DNA from: Candidatus Micrarchaeota archaeon CG10_big_fil_rev_8_21_14_0_10_45_29
GTDB lineage: Archaea > Micrarchaeota > Micrarchaeia > Anstonellales > Anstonellaceae
Length of the DNA: 64,000 bases
NCBI GenBank assembly: GCA_002778455.1
Contig: PFCD01000019.1
Location: forward strand, 10,243 to 74,242
Direction: 5' to 3'
Below, one piece after another: positions 45,274 to 53,842 of the stretch. Position 1 is the first letter of the stretch; each line of letters starts with the position of its first letter. The position numbers and the translations under genes were made by a program. The notes beneath the pieces are model-generated. The model searched no databases. It saw only the letters and a list, made by a program, of their open reading frames with translations, and was not told the origin of the DNA.

Positions 45274-48200
45274 TTACATTCCCTCTGCGGCTGCTTTTTG
45301 CACCTTTTGCTCGTCGCTAAGATGCAGCAGCGGGCCCCAGAGCGGAGTCCCTACGCCTGGATTGATTATTTCATAATGCACACCTGTTGCAGACAGATTA
45401 TAATAAATTAACGGAACCTCACCTTCCCCCGCGGGCGCGCCGTCCTGCGCGCTTAGCTTTGAGAGGTCAAGAGACAAAATGAATTTTCCAGCCGCCTCGT
45501 CATATTTTGAGCCCATCTTCGGCATGTCTGGAGAGATTATCCCACCGGGCGCAAAATAAAACTGTGATGAAGCATCCTCTATAAGTGAGAGAAACTGTTG
45601 GTACGGGCAATCAGCATCATAAATGCTTATTCTTTGCATAAGGTCGCTGCCGCTGTAAAATTCTTCTGTGCGCAGGCGGAATCGGGTGCCGTCTTTGTCT
45701 TGTATTATCCTGTCTATCCCCCCGCCCTCGTCTGCCTCAAAAGAGCCGGCAGGAAAACTCTGCTCAAAATCATCACCATAAAGCTTTGAGAAAACATTTT
45801 TCAAATCATCGGAGTTTTTTGCCGATTTTATCCTCCCGGCATCAAGAATTGCGGCGGGGGTGGGCTCTGCCATTCCTGCCTGATTGTAAGTTATTGTCTC
45901 GTATTTTGGAGTGCCGTCTTTGTTTGTGCCGTTTCTGAAAATTGCGCCATACTCGTCTGTTTGGGTCCAGAGAACATAAGGGGCGAGGCGATGCTCCCAC
46001 ACATCACTTCCCTGTGCGCTTAATATGTCAAGCTTTCTTTTTGAGATGTTTAATGAGAGCTCAAAAGTATAACCCCCGTCCCTTGCCCCGGTTGCTGTGC
46101 CTACCCACATTTTCTCTTTCCCGTCATTGAATGAGGCATAAAGCTGGATTCTTCCTTCCCCGTCTTCTTTGGCTGTTAAAGCAAGCAAATCGGTGCCCAC
46201 CCTCTCCCCTTTCTTTGCGCATGGAAGAAGGTAGAAATTTCTTTTTCCTCCCGCGCCCTCATCATAGCCGAATACGCAAAATGAGACTGCGGTGTTTTGA
46301 ATCGGCGTCTGCTTTGTTATTTGGGTTTGGCTCTCGTTTACAAACGGTGAATTTGGAAAGTCGGTGTTGTGGGACGTGAGATGAAACATAAAGTCGCCGG
46401 GCGCCTGCCCGTATGGCACAACTATTTTTTTGCCAAGCCACTGCTTCGGGCCCGGAGTTACTTCCCCGAATGCGGACAAGCTTGAAGCCCTTGGAGGCTT
46501 TGAAACCCAGCCGCCCGGCTCAAATTTATCCTCTGGAGGCACTTTTACGACCGCGAATTTTCTGTCCATCACATAAGGCACATCTATTTTTGCAAACGGC
46601 TCGCTCCCAACCATAGTGGATGCATACTTATGCATGAAAAGCCCGCCGCTCCCCGTAACGCCCAGCGAGAGCGCCGGGTTATCCGGGTCTGTTTGCCCCA
46701 TTTTTGCGCCCAAATAATATGTTGCCTTCGAACCGTTTTGGTAAGAGAAGGTTGCCACTTCCCCGTCCGCGCCTACCGGGTCGCTCTCGGTCTGCACTAA
46801 AGAGTGGGAAATTGAAGTGTTGAGGGTGGTTGGCTCAAAAAATTCCTCAAGCCCCTCCGGGCGCTCGGGTGCTGGGAAAGAGAATTTTCCTTTTGCCCCC
46901 TTTAGGCGCTCGTATCCTGCAAGTGCGACTCCCTGCTGATTGTAGAGGGCCGCTATGTAGGAGAATGATTCGTCCTTTAGCGTGACATCCGAATCGTGCC
47001 CGAAAGTTATTTTGAATCCTTCCTCATAGCTCTTATCCGCGGTTATTGTGGGAGTAATGTGGCTTATTCCGGTGTAAGTGAGCTCCAAAGTTTTCGGGTT
47101 TGGGGGAATTTCCTCTGTTTGCAAATTTTTGCCAAGATTCATCAATTCCACAAGGTTGTATGAATTTGTGTGAATTTGCAAGCCCCTCTGCTGTGAGAGG
47201 AAGGGGACAAGGGGGTGGGATGAATTCTCATTCCTGCTATCCCCTGTGCCGGTTTTTCTATCAACTATGAATTTGTTGAAGTTTTCCTCTGCGCTCTCAT
47301 CCTTGAGGTAAAAGTATGGCACATATCCGGCATCAAGCGCTTCTTTTTCGCTTGAAAATTCTCCTTTATTGTCAAAGTCAATTGAGCCGTCCGGCATTTG
47401 CAAATAATAAGAAACAGAAACTATTGCATCCCCTTCAATAATATTGCCTTTTGTATCTGTTGATAAAAGCTTCTGCCCGCCAAAAGAGGCGGAAAGAGAG
47501 CTTTGGGAAATTTTGTTTGCAGGGTCGCGAAGCCAGAGGATTAAATCGTTGATAGATACCATGTTCTGGTCGCTTAGCGCCTCCTCCCCTGGCATTAAAT
47601 TATAAATTACCCTTGTGTTTGCTTTTGAAGTTAATTTCCCGTTTTCAATAAAGGGCTTCAGCGATGATGGAACAACTACATTTTGCCCGGACATTGCATC
47701 AGTTGTTACTTCCCAGCCGTCGGGCACAAAAAATCCGTTTGCGTCATATTGCCCCGGAGTATCTACAGTGTAAACAAGCTTTAGCATATCGTGCTTGAGG
47801 CAAAAAGCGTCAATTATCCTTGCCGCCTGCTCATATTCTTTTTCATATCCTGGAATTGCAAGAAACTCGTGCGATGCTTTTCCCACAGGAAAAGAGAATG
47901 GTGAGAGGGGGTTTGTTGCCTTGTCAAGCAAATCTTTCATTACTTTTTGCCCGTTTGCATTATCCCATTGCACATCAGTTGAATTTCCCTGCGCCGATAG
48001 GATAAGGGAGGAGTAATACCTGAAAGAGACATCGCGCAAAGAGTTTGAGAGCATCTGGTTGAGCGCAAAATTTAGGATATTGTTTTTGTTTGGGTCTGAA
48101 TTTGGAATTTTTGTGTCCTCACTTTCCCCAAATAAGGAGAATAGTTGGGAGAGGGTTCCGTCTGCCTCCATTTCTTTGATAATTCCCCTTACCTGCCAGT

Positions 48201-49122
48201 CAGGGCTTCTCTGGGTTGCCGCCGCGTCTCCCGCGGTAATTTGCGCGTCTGTGAAAGGGGAATTTGCAAAATCAAAGCTTGAGGCGTCTTTTACGTCTTT
48301 TTTGCTTGCTTCTGATTTTTCGCAAAATTCATGCACTGCCATGTGCAAAAGCCCGCCTTTTCCCGCGCCCGCATTATACATAAGCAGCTCATCAAGGTAT
48401 CCCAGGCCCGTTATCCATAGGCGCGCATACGGGCGCGATGCCTTTGATGCCGAGCCGGCAAGAAAGTATGCGGAAATTGCCCTATCCACAAATTCATAAT
48501 CAGCCATGTTTATTTCATGCCCTTCCTGCACGCTTGCGGGAATGTTTGCGTTCTCTATTTGCTCCACTCCCGCCTTAAGGATTGAGATTGCATCCTGCAA
48601 ATTTTTCACGTCTGTGATGGATTCGCATGAGAAGGCGGCGGATGATTTTAAATTTGGGTTAAGGCGGGAGGCGATAAGCAAAATATTTGCGATAGGGCCC
48701 GCAACATCGGATTCTGTTATGGTTCCTGACTTTACTTTTTGCGCAAGAATATCATATGCGTTTGCAAGGTTGTGCAATGTTGCATCCTTTTCATAATATT
48801 TGTTGTATCTCAAATCAGATGCAAGCAAAAGGTATCCGGCGTAATAGATATTTATTTTTCCCGCAACATTGTTGAGCGGGCTCCAAAGTTCCGCAAATGT
48901 GTATTTTGAGCCGGATGCTAGCAGATAATCGCTGAATTGGTTCTGAATTGAGTTTTGGGCATTCCTTACCCGCACATATATCGGAAGCGCCTGCGCCTGG
49001 GGGTTGTTGCATTTGTTTTCCAGAAAACCGAGGTAAAGCCGCTGGGAGCGCTCAAGCTCTGCGCCGACATGCGACCCGCCGCCCTCTTTTTGCGAACGAT
49101 AAACATTAAGCTGGAAAAGCAT
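45274..49122 (-). CDS. Orphan giant protein (1282 aa from ATG 49122) with conserved N-terminal MLFQLNVYRSQKEGGGS peptide
   Basis: Uninterrupted ORF. The track start at 49143 is TTG; the first ATG at 49122 aligns with the start of the paralogous motif in the upstream gene. No signal peptide, TM helix or recognisable domain. Confidence 0.6.
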   Translation of the reverse strand: MLFQLNVYRSQKEGGGSHVGAELERSQRLYLGFLENKCNNPQAQALPIYVRVRNAQNSIQNQFSDYLLASGSKYTFAELWSPLNNVAGKINIYYAGYLLLASDLRYNKYYEKDATLHNLANAYDILAQKVKSGTITESDVAGPIANILLIASRLNPNLKSSAAFSCESITDVKNLQDAISILKAGVEQIENANIPASVQEGHEINMADYEFVDRAISAYFLAGSASKASRPYARLWITGLGYLDELLMYNAGAGKGGLLHMAVHEFCEKSEASKKDVKDASSFDFANSPFTDAQITAGDAAATQRSPDWQVRGIIKEMEADGTLSQLFSLFGESEDTKIPNSDPNKNNILNFALNQMLSNSLRDVSFRYYSSLILSAQGNSTDVQWDNANGQKVMKDLLDKATNPLSPFSFPVGKASHEFLAIPGYEKEYEQAARIIDAFCLKHDMLKLVYTVDTPGQYDANGFFVPDGWEVTTDAMSGQNVVVPSSLKPFIENGKLTSKANTRVIYNLMPGEEALSDQNMVSINDLILWLRDPANKISQSSLSASFGGQKLLSTDTKGNIIEGDAIVSVSYYLQMPDGSIDFDNKGEFSSEKEALDAGYVPYFYLKDESAEENFNKFIVDRKTGTGDSRNENSSHPLVPFLSQQRGLQIHTNSYNLVELMNLGKNLQTEEIPPNPKTLELTYTGISHITPTITADKSYEEGFKITFGHDSDVTLKDESFSYIAALYNQQGVALAGYERLKGAKGKFSFPAPERPEGLEEFFEPTTLNTSISHSLVQTESDPVGADGEVATFSYQNGSKATYYLGAKMGQTDPDNPALSLGVTGSGGLFMHKYASTMVGSEPFAKIDVPYVMDRKFAVVKVPPEDKFEPGGWVSKPPRASSLSAFGEVTPGPKQWLGKKIVVPYGQAPGDFMFHLTSHNTDFPNSPFVNESQTQITKQTPIQNTAVSFCVFGYDEGAGGKRNFYLLPCAKKGERVGTDLLALTAKEDGEGRIQLYASFNDGKEKMWVGTATGARDGGYTFELSLNISKRKLDILSAQGSDVWEHRLAPYVLWTQTDEYGAIFRNGTNKDGTPKYETITYNQAGMAEPTPAAILDAGRIKSAKNSDDLKNVFSKLYGDDFEQSFPAGSFEADEGGGIDRIIQDKDGTRFRLRTEEFYSGSDLMQRISIYDADCPYQQFLSLIEDASSQFYFAPGGIISPDMPKMGSKYDEAAGKFILSLDLSKLSAQDGAPAGEGEVPLIYYNLSATGVHYEIINPGVGTPLWGPLLHLSDEQKVQKAAAEGM

Positions 49123-49201
49123 GAACCGGCACCGATAGCTCAACCCAGAGATTGTTTTTAAGCATTACTGAAAATTACGAGAGAGCCCCTCTTTAAAAAA
49201 A

Positions 49202-52200
49202 TTATTTGGGAGGGGTGCGCCTGCGCCTCCTTCGGGCATTTTGAGGCGGCTCTTTCTCCTTTGCTTCTTTCTCTTCTTGCGGCGGTTTTTCAGGAATTTC
49301 TTCTTGCGCAGGTGGCTCATTTTGCATTGGTTTTTCTTCAGGGGTTCTTTCTTCCGGCTTAATAGTTTCCTGCGGCAATTCTTCTTTCTCTTTTGGCTGC
49401 GCGGGAATTTCCTTTATTTCTGCCTTTTTAGTTTCAGGCAAAACTTCTTCTTGTTTGGGGGGAATTCTTCTCCTTCTTCTGCCTGTTTTCCTCTCAGGGG
49501 TTTCTTCCTGCACAGGGGTTTGGGTTTTGCTTTCCTTTCCGGGGAATGCTTGCGCAGGCGTGCTTTCCTCTTCTGCGGGAATAGTTTGTGTTTGGGCTGG
49601 GGCGCCTGTGCTCTCCATAAGTGTTTTTCTCTCCTGCGGCTCTTCCTCTTTCCAGTAGCCGATTGTTGAGCGGCGCAAATAAGGGTTAAGGCGCGGGTCG
49701 GTTGAATAATCATTAAATGCTGCGGGTGAGGGAGGAAGCTTCTCTGTGCTTCCTGAAATGTCAAAGTTTAGCGCGGCAGTTATTTTGTAATATGATGTGG
49801 AAGCGCCGAAATTTCGTTTTACTTCCCCGGTGTTTATATCAACATATCCCACCGGCTGCGCCTGGTTTGCGTATGATGCGCTCACAACAAGCCCGTTTAG
49901 CACGTTTGGAAGCGCTTGTGTTATATTTATTTCATATCCGCGGGCGGAGGAAAATATTCCGTACTTCCAATCCGACCCGCCGTCAATTGGCTTGCTAAAG
50001 CCGTATTTTAAGGAAATTGTTGTGGGTGAATATGAGCCGAATAAATTTTCTGTTGGCACCCATTGCAATGTGCCGCTGATGCCTGTTGTTACAAGGTGGT
50101 TTGCATTAAACGCCCACTCAATCGCGCCCATAAGGCGGGTGTTAAACCAGGGCTCGCGAAGCTCTTTGCTCAGGCGCAGGTTCAAATCAAGCGTGGGGGT
50201 GCTTGTGTTAAGCATTGGCAGCCCCTCTTTGAGCCCTTTTACATAATCACTTGTTTTCATCTCATCATCAGGGCGGGTCATGCCTATTACGCTGAAGAAT
50301 AGGGATGGTGGGGGGCGGGCGGTGAGCAAATAATCCGCGCTGATTCCTTTGTATACAGGAATATGCCCGAACACTTCCACTGCCATGGTGCCAAGGGGCA
50401 TCCAGCTGCTCATTTCCTGCTCCCCTTTTTGCTGTATCCAGCTTATGTTTCCCCCCGGAATAAGCTCATCATGCGTGCCTTCCCTCTCCCCTGTGGGGTG
50501 GTTGTAGCCGAATACATCCAAATAAGCGTCGCTTCTTTTTGCAAGCGAATATTCTTTTCCTATATGGGAGGAAAGGGCATCATACGCGCTCTTTAGCTGC
50601 AAAAGCGAATGCGTGGTGCTCCATGTTTTGCCTTTCATATCCTGAGCCCAGAAAATCAAATCCTCGCAAAGCTTCTGCCCTTCCTTATCATCTGCAAGGG
50701 CGCGGGAGAAAATATCTGCTTGCGCTATGAGCGCGTCGCACAAGTCAATTCTCTGCTCGGCGGTTATCGGGGTTCCGGTGCTTTGCGAATTTTGAAATGC
50801 ATCCCAGAGGGCATTCCATGCGGCGCTTACTGGCAGAAGGGCGGAATTTATTTGCGGGTTTTCCTTTTGCAGGCGCGAGCCGGCCATATAAGTTGCCCCG
50901 TAATTTGCGCGTATCCTAAAATTAACCTCATCCGCCCAGTGAATTGAATATATGAATGAGCCTAGCATTGCAAAAGAATTTATTGAGCCTGCAAGCCCCA
51001 TTCCCTCAAGCTCGAAATTGGGATGGTAGCTAAATGTTGCGCCAAGCTCCACCCTGTTTTCTGCGCCAAGCCAGTTGAATAAATACCCCACTTTCCCGCT
51101 TACGCCGTTTTTTTGCAAGGATTCAGTGAGCGAGTCCAATGTATTCCAGAAAAATGAATTCCAGAGATGGCAGTTGTATGCAGAGAGCCCGGCGAATTTT
51201 GCCCCGCTTATGAGCATGTTCATTTCCGCCTCTTTCCATTTTCTCCCGTAGCTTTCCCTGTCAATATCCACCAGGCTTGCGCTTGAGTAAACGCGCCTCC
51301 AATAGGCGCACTCAAAATAATTCAGCAAAACGTTTTTGAAATTCCCGTCTCCCGTAACTTCGACTACCGCGTCCGGGCTCATTTTCATGAATTTGCCGTT
51401 TTGCTCGTATGAGAGAAATTTTGAGAACATTCCGGAAACATTATTTTTGAAAAGAGCTTCAAGCAATTGCACATTCATTCCCTGCGCGCCCCCTGCCCCT
51501 TCAAGCAGAAGGTCTATATCAGAATAAATTGATTCAAATTCCGGCAAATTTTCCATTATGCTAAGGTAGGGAAGCGGATTGCCTGCTATGAGGGGGTTTG
51601 CGAATTTTTCCCCCATAAAGTTTGCAAAAAAGGGCGCGGACTTGTCTTTTCGGGTGCCCTGCTCGCCTATTTCATCCTTGTTTGGGGCAAAGTCCCCGAA
51701 TCCGCGGTTTTGGGGGGAGTCGCCCATAAAATTCATGCCCATATTTCCCCCCGCATAAAAGCCGGACGGCAATGGGCGCTCTATTATTGTGCTGCTTGTG
51801 GAAGAGGTTGCGTTTATTGAGAGAATTGGAATCGGCGTTGCGTTCTCATTTAATGTGCTTGGAACAAAAAGCAATAATTTTTCCATATCTTCTCCTGCAA
51901 AATAAAGAGGGGTGTTGTATGTGGATGAGGTGGTGGTGAGGGTGAATTCGCCTTTTTTATCCTCTCCTTTTTCCTCATTTTTATTTTCCCCGGTTTTTTC
52001 CCCTGCGCTTTGCATTGAGTATTGCTCGCTTATTTTAACCGCAAAATGGTTGTTCCCCAAGTGTGTTGCGCTTATTTGCACATCATTGGAATTGACCGCC
52101 TTTACCATATCCTCTAAATTTTTTGCATAAAGGGCGGGGTTTATCGGCGCAAGAGAAGCGCCCCTCTCAAGCTGGACATGCAAAGTTGCGCTTGCCGCCC

Positions 52201-53695
52201 CCTCTTCCCCCTGCCAGTTGGCGGATGATTCTTTTGCATCTACCCAGAATTTTTGCGATGTTTTGTATTCTTTTGAAGTGATTACGGCAAAGCCGCGCCC
52301 TTTTCTGTCAAGTGATTTTTGAAAAATTAAATTTGCAACAAAGTCGGAATTATCCGCATAATTGAATTTGCTTGAAATTTGGTATGAGTTGCGCTTTGAT
52401 TTTCCTTCGGGGTTGATGTAACCTTTTGCGCGACCTTCTTTCACGGTGCTCCACCGGTCATTGGAAATAAGGTTCATGAAATACATAAGCTCGCGCCTTG
52501 CATCATCAAGCTCCGCGTCTGAGAGGTTTGGCTTGAGAAACATGTCGCGAATCGCTAAGAGGCGCGAATTTACAGTTTCGATTGAATTTTGTATATACTC
52601 CTGCTCATTTGGCGGGTTTTGAAGCATTTGCAAACCTTTTCCGGCTTCCTCAACTAATTCTGCGCCGAATTTATCCCTCTCCCATTCCTGCACCCCCAAA
52701 TAAGCATACGCGTCATCAAGGGCTTTGCCGCTCTGCCCGGTGTAAAGTGAGGAAATTATTGTGGAGGCGGCCTTTTGCGCCTTTATCATTACCTCAAGCT
52801 GGGCGGCTAATTCTGCAGGCTCTAAAGTGGGGTCAAGAAATACCAATGGAGAGAGATTTTTCTCGTCTATCCCAGTTATTTTTGAGGCGACGCGCCCGAC
52901 AGATGCTTTATTTTTTGGCCCGTCAACCCCTGCAAAAAGATAGTTGTTTGTAATTGAGATGGGGTTGCCGCGCGCGTCGGCTATTGTGTAATAAGAAACA
53001 TCTGCAACGGTTACAAGGCGGGAGCTTAGTATTCTTCCCGAATAATTTTTTATTATCTCATCTTTTTGCGCCTGCGAGAGAGAGGCGGTTTGCAAAAATT
53101 GCTCTAATACATTTATTGAATTTGGGAGTATTTTCCATTGCTTTGGCTGGTTGAATTTTTCAAGAAGCATTTGCCCGAAATCCTCCGAGAGCCCTTCTGA
53201 GTCGGCTGATGCGCCGGCAGCATCAAAAAGAAATTGGCGAAATATTCCGACGCACATTTCTGTGAGGGGCGCGACCGCGTTTTTTCGCATCTCCTCCTGC
53301 GTCTTCTCATCAAGGGAGAGGTTTCCCCAGCTTCTTGGCACCCAGAAATTGTTAAGGCGGGCAGAGGATTCATCAAAGCCGGCGCCTGAGAGCTTTTTGC
53401 CGTGCAAATCCGTAATATAGCTGTCTGTTGGGTTTGAGAGCAAAAGCTCTCCGCAGGATTCGCTTATAAGAGATGCCGAAGAGATTGCAAATGAGCCGGA
53501 GGCGCCTCCCTCCTGCTCCTCAAAGATGCTTCTTCCTAATGTGATTGCATCCATAAAGCCGGAATTGTTTATTGTTTTCTGCTCTGGAGTTGGGCCTTTT
53601 GCCTTGTTAAAATTTATTTTTGGCTCGGCTGCGCTTGTTGAGCCGCCCGCCTCTTTTTGGGAACGATATACCCGCAGCTGAAATAAGAATGCCAT
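49202..53695 (-). CDS. Orphan giant protein (1497 aa from ATG 53695) with conserved N-terminal MAFLFQLRVYRSQKEAGGS peptide, beta-strand-rich module and E/P/K-rich tail
   Basis: Uninterrupted ORF. The track start at 53704 is TTG and the first ATG is at 53695. The C-terminal third has long runs of amphipathic strands (e.g. VELGATFSYHPNFELEG, NFRIRANYGATYMAGSR, STSYYKITAALNFDISG). The terminal ~150 aa are low complexity. Confidence 0.6.
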   Translation of the reverse strand: MAFLFQLRVYRSQKEAGGSTSAAEPKINFNKAKGPTPEQKTINNSGFMDAITLGRSIFEEQEGGASGSFAISSASLISESCGELLLSNPTDSYITDLHGKKLSGAGFDESSARLNNFWVPRSWGNLSLDEKTQEEMRKNAVAPLTEMCVGIFRQFLFDAAGASADSEGLSEDFGQMLLEKFNQPKQWKILPNSINVLEQFLQTASLSQAQKDEIIKNYSGRILSSRLVTVADVSYYTIADARGNPISITNNYLFAGVDGPKNKASVGRVASKITGIDEKNLSPLVFLDPTLEPAELAAQLEVMIKAQKAASTIISSLYTGQSGKALDDAYAYLGVQEWERDKFGAELVEEAGKGLQMLQNPPNEQEYIQNSIETVNSRLLAIRDMFLKPNLSDAELDDARRELMYFMNLISNDRWSTVKEGRAKGYINPEGKSKRNSYQISSKFNYADNSDFVANLIFQKSLDRKGRGFAVITSKEYKTSQKFWVDAKESSANWQGEEGAASATLHVQLERGASLAPINPALYAKNLEDMVKAVNSNDVQISATHLGNNHFAVKISEQYSMQSAGEKTGENKNEEKGEDKKGEFTLTTTSSTYNTPLYFAGEDMEKLLLFVPSTLNENATPIPILSINATSSTSSTIIERPLPSGFYAGGNMGMNFMGDSPQNRGFGDFAPNKDEIGEQGTRKDKSAPFFANFMGEKFANPLIAGNPLPYLSIMENLPEFESIYSDIDLLLEGAGGAQGMNVQLLEALFKNNVSGMFSKFLSYEQNGKFMKMSPDAVVEVTGDGNFKNVLLNYFECAYWRRVYSSASLVDIDRESYGRKWKEAEMNMLISGAKFAGLSAYNCHLWNSFFWNTLDSLTESLQKNGVSGKVGYLFNWLGAENRVELGATFSYHPNFELEGMGLAGSINSFAMLGSFIYSIHWADEVNFRIRANYGATYMAGSRLQKENPQINSALLPVSAAWNALWDAFQNSQSTGTPITAEQRIDLCDALIAQADIFSRALADDKEGQKLCEDLIFWAQDMKGKTWSTTHSLLQLKSAYDALSSHIGKEYSLAKRSDAYLDVFGYNHPTGEREGTHDELIPGGNISWIQQKGEQEMSSWMPLGTMAVEVFGHIPVYKGISADYLLTARPPPSLFFSVIGMTRPDDEMKTSDYVKGLKEGLPMLNTSTPTLDLNLRLSKELREPWFNTRLMGAIEWAFNANHLVTTGISGTLQWVPTENLFGSYSPTTISLKYGFSKPIDGGSDWKYGIFSSARGYEINITQALPNVLNGLVVSASYANQAQPVGYVDINTGEVKRNFGASTSYYKITAALNFDISGSTEKLPPSPAAFNDYSTDPRLNPYLRRSTIGYWKEEEPQERKTLMESTGAPAQTQTIPAEEESTPAQAFPGKESKTQTPVQEETPERKTGRRRRRIPPKQEEVLPETKKAEIKEIPAQPKEKEELPQETIKPEERTPEEKPMQNEPPAQEEIPEKPPQEEKEAKEKEPPQNARRRRRRTPPK

Positions 53696-53718
53696 CTTAT
53701 GCAAACTAAGAGGAGAAG

Positions 53719-53728
53719 ATTAAAAAAG
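53719..53728 (-). promoter_or_regulatory. Candidate TATA-like element upstream of the giant-gene block
   Basis: The minus strand reads TTTTTTAATC about 25-33 nt upstream of ATG 53695, with no Shine-Dalgarno motif between them (leaderless-type arrangement). A second A/T box (AAATTTTAAGG) lies about 50 nt upstream. Confidence 0.25.
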
Positions 53729-53842
53729 AATCTGCCCACGCCTTAAAATTTGCAGATAATGCACAAAAACATATTAAAGAGGGAAATGCGGTTGTAATGC
53801 GCAAAAATAAAATAAGCAAAAACAAAAAACGCTTGCTGCTGC

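Noticed and set aside
49241-49669. 142-aa plus-strand ORF and 116-aa minus-strand alternative-frame ORF over the tail of the giant gene
   Set aside because: These are frame and strand artefacts of the low-complexity E/P/K-coding repeat. The long uninterrupted 4.5-kb frame is the credible one.
40388-53704. Interpretation of the giant block as an ordinary S-layer operon
   Set aside because: Three of the four products lack signal peptides, and none shows the typical S-layer features I know. This cannot be excluded without profile or structure searches, so it is listed as a refutation route and not adopted.
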